64,000 bases of DNA from Paragordius varius (lineage: Eukaryota > Animalia > Nematomorpha). How positions within the stretch are numbered: position 1 is the first letter of the stretch; each line of letters begins with the position of its first letter. The stretch spans positions 2,666,001-2,730,000 of the forward strand of contig OZ176058.1 of assembly GCA_964247055.1 (NCBI GenBank), in the 5' to 3' direction. The position numbers and the translations under genes were made by a program. The notes under the pieces are model-generated. The model was not told the origin of the DNA. It worked only from the letters and a program-made list of their open reading frames with translations, and did not search any database. Shown here piece after piece: positions 24,944-38,913 of this stretch.

Positions 24944-27900
24944 ACGGCATTAGTTTTTAAAGCTTAAAGTTGAGATTCGAACTTCGTTTTTCGAATAACG
25001 AGCCAAAACCAAATTTTGTGGTTGAAAAAAGGCGAACGTGAATTTGAAAAGAATGATAAAAGACTTTCCAGTTATTACGGCTGAAAATGGCTTAAGTTAC
25101 AAAAGAGAGATAGTTATAAGAAAAAAACAAGTTTAAATTATGACAAAATTTAAACGGCATTAGTTTTTCAAGCTTACAGTTGAGAATTGAACTTCGTTTC
25201 GAATAACGAGCTTGAAGCAAATTTTGTTGAAAAAAGCAAGCGAGCGCGAGAGTAATCGCGAAAAGCATAAATAAGAATGATAAAACACTTTACAGTTATA
25301 ACTGCGGACAAAGAATTACATAAGAGACATAAGAAAAAAACAACATCTTTTAAATTATGATAAAATTCAACGGCGATAGTTTTAAAAGCTTAAAGTTGGG
25401 AATTGAACTTTGTTTCGAATAACGAGCCTAAAGCAAATTTAAAATTGATATTTCAATTACCGAATATCGTTTTTGAACATTTAATAAATTATCAGTTTGC
25501 GGATGAAACAAAGTTTGAGGAGTGGCAATGAAATACAACCCAAGCAGTCTAAAAAATGTAATTGTGAAATAATGTATGCACATTTAGACCAATTCACATT
25601 GTTTTTGGCCATTTGGCAGAGCCTGACAGTGGCGTATGGGTAAAAACAACAAATGGGTAAAATAAACATTTGCATATCTCACAACAACAAAACTTTTAAA
25701 TTTATACGCTCTCCTGTATTACCGATTGGCGGACGTAAATATGTCTACTCTGTGATAGCTAATGATTATTATATGACTAGATAAAGAGTATAAACTATAA
25801 AACATAGAATGAGTCGAGTTTACTAAGTTGCAATCCAAATGAGAAAATATTTAGATTAGTTTTAACTGAGGAGAAATAGCTCAATCTCAACTAAAACGCC
25901 ATATAAATTGGTGGATGTAAAAAATTTAATTTAATATAAGATATAATACATAAGTTTGGTTTAGCTTAGTTAGGAATATTTTAAAGAGAAAATTTTGAGG
26001 AAGTATTTAATTTATTGAAATATTTAGCTTGGTTTTAACTATAGCCTCAGTTAAGGTCAGCTAAAATGGCAATTTTATATGTCGAATGAGACATAGTACC
26101 TAATGATTTACATTATCACTATTTAAAAATATAAAAAAAATCAATTTTAGTTAGCTTAGTTTGCTCAGTGAATCAATTTTACATAAAATATTGCAATTCA
26201 AATGAAATATTTAGATTAGTTTTAACTGGGGAGAAATAGCACACCTCAGCTAAAGTATGAAAAAAAGAAAACCAAGTAGCATAATAATTGAATGTATAAT
26301 GAGAGATTATAACTAATTATGATTATCATATGATAGCAAGAGTTATAAAACATATAAAATGAATGAATATTCGTTAGCTTAGATTAGTTTAAAATGGTAG
26401 TATTAGCCCGAGGCAAATTTTGCGCGCTCGAAAAATAAACTGCCATTGTTGCAGTATTGAAAAAAGTGGCGATTATTAAGACCACATATTTTGTTTTTAA
26501 ACCTTTTTTTTCTCGCCTTGCATATAAGAAAAAGTGAATGGATAGGTAAAATAATGTAGGTGTGTATATTTACTAACCAGAGTTGACCGTATGTCTTGCG
26601 CGTGCTTGTTAATGAGGTTGTTTGTTTGTGTGATTATATTTTATGTTTAAAGTTTTTTCTCGGTAATTACAGTAGCGTATGTCATAAAACATTATTAGTC
26701 CATAAAAGAACACAGAAATGTTTTTTATAAAAAACAAGCCTAGTTGTATATATATATATATATATATGTATAAATAATATTTTTTGAAAAAAACATTTTT
26801 TTATTCTTTTATGAATTAATAATGTTTTATGCCATACGCTGTATATATATTTTCGAAAGTATAGAGTTGAAACTGATTAAAAAATGTATTTTTAGGTGTG
26901 GAAATTATTTAAGTTGAAAATATAAGTGGGCTTATAGAAAATTTATTATAATTGGCCTTAATAATGACTCAAGACTCTAAAAGTTAAAAACTAGAGTAGA
27001 TTTACAAAGGCATACCGTACGTGTTGACGAATGTAATATTTTTGTATTTGAATTCCATCATTACTTGAGCCAACCATTGAAAAACGTAATGTTTGGTTTT
27101 TTGCCTCTATAAATTATTTGTCATATTAATTTTCTGGCATTGTTAATAATAATTTTTTATTTTGCAAAAGTGTGATTTTGAAATTTTAAGTTGGCTTTAT
27201 CCTGGTTTTTAAAAACCCTAACGTATATATATTTCTAAATCAGGAATGTCAAATATGCGGCCCTCCTTTGCGCAATCCTTAAAAATCTTGGAAAAATTAA
27301 TTTTTCTCGAAACAATTTTTTGAATAAGGGGTCTATCTAATAATTGGCAACGAACTAGAAAAAAATTGATATTTTGTGTTTATATATATTAATATACCAT
27401 TTACAATTCGAATTCACCCTTATACAATTTAAATTCACCCTTAAACAATTCATATTCACCCTAAAAATAAATTATGTGTTTTCGGGCAAACATAACTCAT
27501 TATTAATATAAATTATATCTTAGCATAGTTTATTATTTTTTGTGCTTAAATTTAAAACAAATATTTGTTTTAAAATGTAAAAAAATTAGGGTGAATTTGA
27601 ATTGTTCAAGGGTAAATTTGAATTGGTAATGGTAAATTTAAGTTGTTCAAGGGTGAATTTGAAGTGTAAATGGTTTATATTTATATATATATATATATTT
27701 CGCAATCAAATGTTTGAAGAAAACCTAATAAAATATTTATTATTAATGTTCCCACCCCCTGTATATTTCGATTGCAACCCGGCTAGAATTTTTGATTGTT
27801 GGACGTCCCTGTTATAAATAAATACCAAATTCAATTGCAAATTCATTTATAATTTATGTAACTGGCTTAGATTGAAACAGTTTTTTCCTTAATCCGTTTT

Positions 27901-30213
27901 TTTTATTACTTCTCATCATAATATTTTAAGTTTAATGCTAAATACATTTATTTTCTTTATTAAGAAATAAAAAGGACGGACCCATCTAATATGATTGAAT
28001 TTCAGTTGTCCTAATAATAAGAGTCTGTTCTTTTTTGATTAGGGAACAAAACTTTTTTTTGAAGGGTTAATTTTTTGATCCTATTAAAAGAGGGGTTAAA
28101 TATTAAATTTAAAATTATAAGAAAAATAGATTTTTTCAAATTTTCAAACTTCATTTTAGATATACTAATTTGGAATCATTTATATATATCTTCGAGATGA
28201 GAACCAATTTTCTTTTCAATTATAAGCCTATCATTACATATCCACTTTCCAGTAACGAATATCTTTTTTTTAAAACAAAAAAAAGATTAAAATTTAATTT
28301 TTTTATCTTTTACCAACATGATAATATATCATAATTGGTCAATCTCCTTTCACTCATACAAATCTTACAGTTAGTTTCCTACATATTTTTATACAGTAGC
28401 GTATGGTATTACAAAATTTTTGTCCCAAATGATATAAACAAAATTAATGATAAAGTGTGGGGAAAAATGGTTTAATTTTTTATTCTGTAGTTTTTTACAA
28501 TACTGCACTGTGAAATTTCTTTATTATATAATTATGTAATTTAAAACAAGAGTTATTTCTTCTTTGATATCGAGATAGTGAAAATTGTCGCAAAATTTGT
28601 ACAAGAATTGTATTTTTTAGAAAAAAACTTTTATAAAGATTTTTATTCAGTCAAAGATGAAACTATTATTACTTAGGGAAAACGTTCTTTTTATGATTTT
28701 TATGCCACCTGCCTGCCTTTGAAAAATAAAGAAAATTATTTTATTTGTTACAAGAAAAGACATTTAAGCGATATTTATAGTTGATATTAACCATACCATG
28801 CAATGCAATTTGTTTAGGAATTATTTATCTGCAGAGATTTGGAGAATAGCCAAAATTTTCCGAAATTATTTTATGTCACAATTTTAATAGAGAAAGTGTT
28901 TGAAAACAAAATTTAATAATTTTTTTTTGATGATTTTTATGTGAGAGCTTTTACCCTAAATGATTTTTATACATAGGAAACTCTAGAAATGTTTTGATTA
29001 AACTAAGATTTTTAGAGATAGATAGGTTGATATGAAATTTTTAAAACTTTTTTTGTAAATTTTTTCCACAAAACAATTTCGATCATTTTGTTATATATTG
29101 GATAAATACCCTAAATGATTTTTTATAAATAGAAAACTCTACAACTATATTAAACTAAGATTTAAGAATAGGCTCATATATGAATTTTTAAAACTTTTTT
29201 TGTAAATTTTTTCCACAAAACAATTTCGATCAATTTGTAATTTATTGAATATTGGATATATTGGACCTTGAAAAATGGTGAGAAGAACAAAATTATATGT
29301 AATTGCAGCAATGTGCAAGATATGAGATGGCAATTTACTTTTCAAACTTTATTATGTAATTCATGAATTTTTTTTGATTTTTTTCATGATTTTTTGAAAA
29401 GTTATTATAATAGTATGGTGACAATTGTGAAATTTGGATTTTTTTACCTTAAAAATATATGAATTTACTTTCTATCTCTCTATGTAATTTATGGTTTTTT
29501 GTTCATTCAAATTCCATGTAATTGTGGACACCTTTGAATGATTGATTAGGTCAATTATTTGTATTTTTAACTTTTATTTTTTTTGAAGAAAATTACTAAA
29601 AATTTGATAATTTGGTTTATTCTTTCCACGAATTTCGCTCTTTATATATCTTTATATATACCATTTATAGTTAAAATTTACCCTTGAACAATTCAAATTC
29701 ACCCTTGAACAATTTAAATTCACCCTATAAATAAATTAGGTGTTTTCGCTAATATATAATTAATAAGAGATTCTTATAACAGTTTATTTTCCGTATTATA
29801 TTAATTTATAAACGAAATTTCATTTTTTAAAAATACAAAAAATATAGGGAATTTACACATAATTTATTTTAGGGTGAATTTGAATTGTTCGAGGGTAAGT
29901 TCGCATTGTTTAAGGGTAAATTTGAACTATAAATAATATCTATATGTATTTTTCTCTAACTGTGCTGGGTTAATATATGAGATAGGACCTACTTTAATTT
30001 CTTTAAATGTTTTAGTTATTATAAAAAAATTATAGGAGTCCGAAAATAATTAATCATATCCCATATTTAAATCAACATGGGAAAAATATTTTCAATAAAA
30101 TAAAAATTGGTTAATTATAATTTACGTTGGAAAAAATAATTTCTTTAATTTTTAATTTATATACATAAATGCAATTGATATCTCTATAGTATGTGCGCGA
30201 TTGAATAATTGGG

Positions 30214-30250
<37 letters not shown>

Positions 30251-31996
30251 AAGATTTCTCCTCGTTAAAAAATGTATCGAATTTCGAATTTTTAATTTTC
30301 TTCTATCTATAGAAAAAAGCAAGCCCTTGCTTTATAATTAATATCGTTTTTTTTGTTAAAAGACATATATGAAAATGTAATTGATATGTTTAAATTTAAA
30401 GGATATAAAGTGAGTTTTTTCACCAAATTTTTTATAGCAAGAAATATATTATTTTCAACTTTTTAAATTTAGCCTTTTTTTAGTTATCCAAAATTTAAAA
30501 ACTATAAATATAATATCTTTGATAACTTGTAATAAAATTAAAACAAATTTTTGGCGAAGAAACTCTTACTAAAATATGATTTAGAATGAAAACCATATTT
30601 TTCTCATATGTTTAATTATAATTAATCAACACCCCAAAAAATTTCTCCAATTTTTATAAAGGCATATTAAAACAGCTGTTTACCCATAATTTATATAGGG
30701 CGGTCATTTATCACCTGATTCTGCTGAATCAACTGACTCAAAACAATCAATCAGCAGCTGTCTTACCGCATCACATGACGAGTCACGTGACACGGAGAGA
30801 AACGAATCACATTACAACCACGTGTCTATACCAAACACCAATTATAATGCCCTGTTTGGGAGTAGTAATGATTCCTCTTTTTCTGGTTCTACCAGCAACA
30901 GTGACAATGAACAGAGCTATGTGCCACAAACAGCTGATACTGTGAACGAACTGTCTACAGCTGTTACGGACGAAAGTAATTTTTATGGTCTTCTTAGAAA
31001 GTTTAGGCTAGTATTGGTGTTTAATTGCGATATTTTTAGTTTTATTTTATATAAATGTATGAAATATAAAAATTTTGAATAATTACTTTCTTAAAATTAA
31101 TAATTGTATGATATAAATTACCGTACTGATATTATTGGGGGAACTTAAGAGAATAAACGATAATTCAAAGTTATTTTCTAAATTAAACAGTAAAATTTGA
31201 AAATATAAAGGCAAAACAAACTACTTTATACCCTTTATCTTTGATTATCGAGTTGTAGAAAGAAAAGTTCTTTCGCTCAATACATATTTTAATCATTTAG
31301 GTTCGAAAAATTCTCAATTTAATATTGCTTTTTAATAAACAGTTTGGTTTCAAAGTTTTTAATGATAAAATTTTTTTCTTTTATGCATGTTTACACTTTA
31401 TTTTCCAGAAGACAGAGTGGGGCATTCCGAATCAGATGAACATGACGTAAATATGACTCATTTTTTAACAGCCCATGAATTACATAATGGAAATGTAATG
31501 AACAAAACTGAATCCAAAACAGGTGATCTAAACCTTGGGCCAAGCCAAACTAATTTTGTCAACAATGGCATTGATCAGATTAAAACTGAAATGGAAGACG
31601 TAGTTTCCCAACATCTGAATTTAACCACTTGTTCTTCAACAACGACATCTAATTCGCCCTGCAATAATAACAATATTAATAATGGTGGGATGAATGGTAA
31701 ATCTACCTTTCATTGTGCCGAATGTGGTTTTGGTTTCACCACAAAATCGAATTGTGATAGACATATGAGGTAAAATCTCATATTTATTAATTAATCACCA
31801 TCAATAATTTCATAACTTACATTTTTTCCTCACAATTGAACAAAGTTTTGCTATGCGTGACTATAATAAGGGTTTCAGGGCAATTGGTCCCATTTTTGAC
31901 ATAATCAATCACATAAGATCAGTAAAAATTAAATAATGCTTCATTAGTGAGTTTATCAGGCTAAATAATACAAGTGGATTTCATTATTAATTTTTT

Positions 31997-32034
<38 letters not shown>

Positions 32035-35000
32035 AATTGTATGCGATCGTATTAATCTTTTGTCTAACTATATATTTGGGTAAAAATGACCATATATTGT
32101 GATCATATTCCATAATATTGATATTATACAAAACATACTTTTATAGAACAAAACACGGTTACCTACGGAGGAAAGATATGATTCAAAGTACGCAATATAT
32201 GGCATCTAATTTAACATTGCTTCCTACGTCCTCCATTACTACACCATCATCTAATAAGGAATGTCTCATTCCAAACCACGCGACAACAAAAGGGACAAAC
32301 ATTCTTTTACTCCCCCCTGTTTCAACCAACAATTTTACAGTGGCTTCTACAGCCACGAAAAAAATGGGTATCCAAACCCCAAAAACTACTGTGGCATTGC
32401 TGGCAAATAGTATGTTGCCATTACATTCAACAACGCCATTGTCCAATAAAGAAAAGGTGGTCATTAATGGCGAAAAACCAGTGACCCTTCCAATTAATTG
32501 CATCGTAAACTCTAATGGACTTTCTCCCCACCCACAATCTAACCTAGCCCCAAAATCGACAAATAAAAGAAAGGCGTGTAATGATTTAATCAAGTGCGTT
32601 AATTATTATTTTGATTAAATATTGTTTTATGTTAAGCAAAAATGTTATAAAAAATATGTTTAAACTTTTTAGTGAACTAAACCCTTTTATTGGTTAATGA
32701 AGGTCTTTTTAGTGGCAAATGTGTAAGTAAATGCATTAGCATATTTTTTGTTTAATTGAATTATGTGTTTATTTGCGAAAGAAAAGACTTATCTTAATTG
32801 CAATACCTATATACCATTAATATGACATGACTGTTTGTTTTTTACTAAATAAAATTTTTGAAAATATTTGCCGTATTAAATTATTAAACTAAATTATATA
32901 TAATATTTATGTTAGAGTACCAATTGGATGTTATACATCAGCCGTTTTAGCCCACATAACATCAATAACAACATCTTGTAGCGACAAATCTCTCGTTGTG
33001 AATAAAACAACTACCATTAACAATAATCAAAAAACATCAGGTGGTGCTTTAACTGTATTAAATGGGGGAACACACTCACTTGCGAACCACCTGACATTAC
33101 TAAACGATGGTGGAAAGGAAAATTATTTATCAAACCTAACGGAATTTAGTTGTAAACTTTGTCCAACAGGGATAGAAAATGGCCAGGCCAACATTGAGAG
33201 TTCGTGCGATTTAGATTCCATAATCCGACATATTGTGTTGGAGCACGAAAATGTAAGGATGCATTATTAATATACACTCCTCACTATTTTTATATTGGGG
33301 ATAATACCAAAGATAATCATTGCGCATGTTTTATTATTAAATGCAATCATGCCAAGAATGTAGAGCTTGAGCATATACATTTTTCGCATGCTTACTATGT
33401 AATAAAGCATACGTGATGCAACTTGAATATTTGAGTGCGCCGGGCGATATGAAATGGGATTTTTTTTGATCCCTATTTAGTTTTAATAAATCTAAAGCTA
33501 TACAGATTTTAAATAAAATATTTTACTACATTTAAATGTGTTAAAGTTTGAATGTTTTCTAACTATCTAATTAACATAATGCTTATGTAGTACATTTAAT
33601 TTATCCAATGATAGAGCATCACTCAATAGGCGACATTTTAATAAGTTAAATATATAAGAGTTAGGTAGTTTCTTTTTTATACGAAATTAAAAACATTTGA
33701 CCAGCTATTAATATTCATTTCGATGATAGGTGGAGAATATTCTTTCCCACATTGCTTTATCAAACAAAGGCTCACCACCACCCATTCAATCACCTAATGA
33801 CCCTATTATGGAACTAAAAAACCGATTGACCGATAAAATTATTCTACCACCACCATTTACAAATATGGAAAACGAAAATGTTTTTACCAAAGTTACACCA
33901 CAAAACAATGAGGATGACTACACTATAAAGAATGTAAGTTGGCGATTTTAAGATTTTTACATGGTAATTAGCATTATGCGCCGTTTTAATTAAGTGAGAT
34001 CTAAAAGGTTTGGAAGCTGGTATAATTTTTTTCGGTTTTTACGATAAAATTGTGCATAATACTTATCAATCTGCCCTGATACATTTACATATAGTACTTC
34101 TCTGTTAGTCCATATTGACCCATAATAAGATCAATAATGTAATCTAAAATTGGGTACTTATCGATGTTTTTTGTTAAAGTTGTTATATTAAATTAGCGAT
34201 TATTTATATTATATTTTTTCTTTAGGGTACCGATCTCACAAATAACATACGTCCATACCCTTTACCCCATAAGATAATGAGAAAAAAATTGTATCACAAT
34301 GTTTCTCAGCCCTCAAATACGGATCGTGATTATCAACATAGTAATAATAATAATATTGATTCATATAATGCAAAACATGATAACGGATTTACCAACGGTA
34401 CTGAATTGTTGACTCACAAAAGCCGCCCTATTACGCCTAAATCTAACGCGAACAATAGCAATGTCAACAAAAATAATATCAACGGACTAGGTGTTGATCC
34501 ATCTTTGGCAAGCTACTTTTTAACCTTTCTTCAACAACCTACTCTGGTAAATGGTCATCAGGAAGTTGTTGCTGCTAATAAAAATGATAAATCGTTTGCA
34601 ACGCAAATGGTGCCTACCTTTACAGCGTTTCAAACTTACATGGAATCATTACAAAAAGCTTGGAATATTGTACCTTCTTCCACGTCCCATGAGAATGAGA
34701 ATAACAGGGATAGTAATAAACACATCTCTGCTAATGAAATATCAGGAAACACGACCCCCATAACAGATATCAGTAATTTGACAACAACGGCCACAAATAA
34801 TAGCGTGCCTGAACCATTGTTGTTGTTAGAGAACACGGAGGATGAGGAGATGATGCCCCTTGTTATTAAAAGCGAATCCCAAGAAAATGATGAGGTTGAT
34901 GATCAAAATGATCAGGAGGAGGATTATAACGCAGACGTTAATACTCCACCACCCAGTAAAGCGACCGTGAATTACAAACGAATGTCCCAACAACAAGCCA

Positions 35001-37193
35001 TGGCAGGGAAGAACAGGTATAACTCGGTTATGTTGACAAATTACACACCACCGAGTCCCAATGCATCATCACAAATCACTGGAGGAGGAGATGGGATGGA
35101 AGAAATTACTTCTTATCACTCGGAACATGGTAACGAAGGCGGCAATGATGAAGAGCAGCAGCAATTACCACATGATGCGAATAATGCGATGAACAGTTTC
35201 GACAATAAAAATTACCATGCTAGGCTTCCTGGTGGATACTACAATAATACTGATGATGGTAATGGTATTCATGTTAACACTAAACTATCACAAGTGCCGC
35301 CGCCGTCGTCAACACCCTTTTTCGATCCAAGGGCCGTACCGTACCGAACACCCGGACCGAAAAAGTTTGTTTGCGTTTACTGCCAAAACACTTATTCGAG
35401 CCGGGGTAACGTTAATCGACACATACGGAACACGCATTTTAAAATGAAACGGAATGGTGTCGTTGGTATAGCCGCCACTGGTGGTAACAACATTACCAAT
35501 TACAATGATGATCAAGTTACCAATCTCTTGCAGTATTCTATTTTAAAACATAATAACAATAATAATTTTGATGGCGGGATGAATGAGGATGAAGGGGATG
35601 GTGGAGATGGAGAAGAAAACGTAAATGAAAGTATTCTTCAAGAAGCAGGGAACGATGAAAGCTGTGATGTGACGGCGTACATAACACCCCAAACCAATAC
35701 GCTGCTGAATGGCCAGTATTGTGCTGCCAACATAAAAAATGGAGGCGTTGATTTAGTAGCACAAAATGGTCATAATGGTATTACTGGGAACGGAGTTTAT
35801 GTCACCAGTAATAAACGGGCATCATCCAGCCTTAATCCGACACTGCAAAATTATACGAGATATATGAACGCTGCCAATCATCAACAACGAAACAGTTCTT
35901 CGGCACTCTCAAACACAGATGCTAGGAACGAAAGTTTTGCAAATAGCAATAATAATAATTCTGGTAATACCTCATCCCCGGCTTATCATAAACTAACGCC
36001 AGGTGGCCTATATAAAAATATGCCTGGGCCCGTGCCTATCCCGGCTTACATGCTGAGTTCCCTTAAGAATGCAACTACCCTCCCTCCCCACATAATAATG
36101 GAGGACGGTGGTGTTAATGGTTGTTGTAAGAGAGAAGAGTCATCTTTGCCATCCTCACATGATATGGATACAACACCCTTGCTTGATCCAAACTTAGTTT
36201 CAGCTTTTTATAAGAATAATAATAATAATACCGGGCATAGAGTAACAACAAAGTCCTCGTTGGCAGCCGCCAACCATGAAAATATGAATGGCAATGGCCA
36301 TCATAATTCATCAGCTAAGAATCATTCAAAAACCAAAAAAGTCGGAGTAGCACCAGGCAATAATCGTGAAAAATACCCAAAGGCTGTCACAGAGACTTCC
36401 TTGCCTTTACTTCAACCAAAGTTACAGCACAACAACGCAACACAACAACCAAATTATGCTAGCGTTATGGAAGACTACTATAAAAAATATATGGAAATGG
36501 TTATGGGTAAGAATTTTATTCTTTAACAAAATAAAATAAAATTTGGCTTCGTTTTACAGTAAAAATGAAATTGAAGCAAAATTTATAAGTTAAAAAATGA
36601 CTATTTTTATACTGAACCGACACGCTTACCTTATTTAGAAGGGAGAAATAGCGTATAAAGAAGCAAGCATTATTGAGTAAAGAAGGAATAGAGTTGTAAA
36701 TTGGCAAGCCAATTATAAAATTGGTAAGTATAATTTTAAAACTCTCTATATTAAATTTTATGATTTTCCCTCCATAACAAAATTAGTCTTTCTCCTGATG
36801 TCGTGAAATAATTTTATTTTTACCGTAAATGATTATATTTTGCCCATAGGTTGCTCATCCGAAGACAATAAAAACCAAAAACAAAATGGTCTGGATAATA
36901 ATCATAATAAAAATGGCATTAACAATAATACAAAAAACAACAACATAATTTCCAATCTCCCCTACGCTATGTTACAAGATTTTTATGCCCAATTTTTTAA
37001 TAAATCGACAACTGCTTCCAATCATATGAATAATATGGACCAGCAAAAAGACAATAATAGTCTAGAGTCTTCTGAAATGGAAAATAATAAAGAAAATATC
37101 TCGTCGAAAATTTCGCCACAAGAAACCCATATCTCCAACAGTCCTAAACATCATCACCACAATATTTCCTCCCAGCATATCGTGGAAGTATAA
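23213..37193 (+). CDS. C2H2 zinc-finger transcription factor (RREB1/hindsight-like fingers), 9 coding exons, ~1483 aa
   Basis: Exons 23213-23252, 23520-23680, 30699-30975, 31409-31769, 32147-32593, 32916-33252, 33730-33933, 34226-36506, 36850-37193. All introns are GT..AG, all phases match, and the total is 4452 nt (divisible by 3). Fingers: FHCAECGFGFTTKSNCDRHMR|TKH (split by intron 31770-32146) and FVCVYCQNTYSSRGNVNRHIRNTH. Linking exons 1-2 across the 7-kb intron is inferred from phase only. Confidence 0.8.
23520..23680 (+). CDS. ZnF gene exon 2 (DEDDKINNESAIF...ESFAAIN)
   Basis: TTTTAG acceptor, AAT|GTAAGT donor, open frame, N-rich composition like the other exons. Confidence 0.65.
24343..25440 (+). 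repeat. Tandem satellite, ~215-bp unit, 5 copies plus a partial sixth
   Basis: Unit starts (GAGCC..AGCAAATTTT) at 24343, 24553, 24779, 25000, 25208, 25424; two unit variants alternate. Confidence 0.9.
25829..26245 (+). repeat. Degenerate ~180-bp tandem repeat (about 2.3 units)
   Basis: AAATATTTAG.TT.GTTTTAACT recurs at ~25845, ~26018, ~26205. Confidence 0.6.
26670..26841. mobile_element. Family C MITE with (TA)n in its loop
   Basis: TA|CAGTAGCGTATG...CATACGCTG|TA. Confidence 0.75.
27393..27676. mobile_element. Family D MITE
   Basis: TATACCATTTACA...TGTAAATGG termini with subrepeats. Confidence 0.78.
28953..29260 (+). repeat. Local tandem duplication, ~155-bp unit x2
   Basis: TACCCTAAATGATTTTT...CCACAAAACAATTTCGATCA repeated at ~28953 and ~29107. 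Confidence 0.8.
29657..29940. mobile_element. Family D MITE
   Basis: Same TIR and subrepeat structure. Confidence 0.72.
30699..30975 (+). CDS. ZnF gene exon 3
   Basis: TATAG|GGC acceptor, GAAA|GTAATT donor; includes ORF 30822+. Confidence 0.8.
31409..31769 (+). CDS. ZnF gene exon 4 (first half of C2H2 finger 1)
   Basis: TTCCAG acceptor; CAECGFGFTTKSNCDRHMR; AG|GTAAAA donor. Confidence 0.9.
32147..32593 (+). CDS. ZnF gene exon 5
   Basis: TTATAG|A ACA AAA CAC completes the finger (RTKH). Donor AA|GTGCGT; alternative donor at 32578. Confidence 0.85.
32916..33252 (+). CDS. ZnF gene exon 6 (atypical CxxC...HxxxxH finger)
   Basis: Open frame including ORF 32998+; AAT|GTAAGG donor. Confidence 0.8.
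33730..33933 (+). CDS. ZnF gene exon 7
   Basis: GATAG|GTG acceptor, AAT|GTAAGT donor, phase 0/0. Confidence 0.85.
34226..36506 (+). CDS. ZnF gene exon 8 (N/Q/acidic low complexity plus C2H2 finger 2)
   Basis: CTTTAG|GGT acceptor, 2281-nt open frame, ATG G|GTAAGA donor; finger at ~35366-35437. Confidence 0.92.
36850..37193 (+). CDS. ZnF gene exon 9 (probable terminal exon)
   Basis: CCATAG|GT phase 1; stop TAA at 37191-37193. Confidence 0.8.
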
Positions 37194-38913
37194 AAAGAGC
37201 AAATTTTTAAGACTTGGTTTTATCATTCGCTTATGCTATATATACTCGTATACATCATCTTAATTAATCTAATCATAATATTTTTGCTCAAGTAATTAGT
37301 CATGTTCACAACATTAATACAAAATAAAGTTTTTGCTATTTGTTACAAAAACCAATTCACATCCAGTCCATTTCCCCGACATAGGATTTGCTCAATTATT
37401 ATTGTATATATTTCCCTTATATAATTATAAATTGTAATTCAGTCATATATTCATTAAAAGATAAAAATTTTTTTGGTCAATTTTTATGAAATCCTAAGGT
37501 CAAATATTGCATTTTGAACGATATTATTTATCTATATAATTACTATATTATAATGCATAATATCCCTTTATAGATTGATTTTTACACGCATACATTAAAA
37601 AAATTTCGATTGTTCAATTTGATAATAGCTTGAGAATTTTATTTGTTATATATATATAATATATATTATATGTTATTCCAATAATATAAATCTTTATCTG
37701 CGATCACATTCATTTTTGATTTATATTTCCACTTATATAATTTACATGGATATTTACTCGACAAACTATTATAAATATAACATTGTTTAACTAGAAAAAA
37801 ATAATGCGAAAAACTAAATTTTTGGGTCACATATTTAAAAAGTATGATAGAAATACATTCCAACACACGCCAATAACCTATACATTCCTATTAGCACCCG
37901 ATATATCTTAGGTACTATTAAAGCCCATTTATAAATTAATTTAATTGTATGTCATTTTTTTCTGATCTGAAACTTGTGATTAATATTGTTATAATATAAC
38001 ATGTTCCTTAATCTTTAATATATATATATATATTATAATAAATTTTAAATTATATTTTAACATGTGTACAGTAAAAATTTAGATTATGGGTAGACAAAAT
38101 ATAATGTATAAAGATAGAGTTTTTTGAATCACTCCTAAGTGCTAAAACCAAAAGCACCATGATAATCTTGATATATTTTTCTATTGTATTTCATCAGGAT
38201 ATTTTATATGCCTTCTAATAATCGACGCCGTAATATGTTTCTAAAGATTAAATTTTTGTATCAAGTTAATATTTAAATATATTAAAAAACTATAAAATTA
38301 ATGTATTTTTCATCTGTACCAGGGGTGCCATCATAAGTGGCTGTTCGCTTTCAAAAAATATATGGAATATTTTATAAGATGATCATAAATTGTGATATAA
38401 CTAAAACAATACAAAAAAACTTTTACAAATGTATTTCGTAGTGAAAATTGGAATTAATCATTAAAAATTTATTTATTATTACTAAATTACTTATGTTGGT
38501 CAATTTGTCATCAGTAGCATAAGGGTAATAATAATAACAATACAAGCTGTAATTAAATAATTTTCGTATTTTACAAAATATATTTGTGTATTTAATTATG
38601 GATAAACTTTGTTTTGAATCCCAATTCATTTTTATATCAGGTTATATATAATTTATCAGGATTTATACCCTCCGATTTTGAGCACAATGTTATGGTTAAA
38701 AAAGGGCTATATATAATGAATTTTAAAATTTTGGTTTTATATTGGAATCAATATAAAATAATTTGAAAGCTGGAAAAATTAAAATTTAATAAAATTAACT
38801 TCTGTCAAAAGAGTATTTACATCAACGATAAGTAGTATCGTTTCTTAACAAAGGATTCAATAAAAATCTGGAAAATAGTTTAATTTTTAGAAATTCTTTA
38901 TTTAATGGATTAA

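Noticed and set aside
24343-25440. CRISPR-like periodicity in the tandem arrays (also the 20-bp family D subrepeats)
   Set aside because: The context is eukaryotic, units are homologous along their whole length with no unique spacers, and there are no cas genes.
32183-32593. Antisense and alternate-frame ORFs over the ZnF and M13 exons (32183-32593, 34551-36311 set, 60385-61095, 51994-52206)
   Set aside because: These are shadow ORFs of GC-richer coding exons with no independent coding signal.
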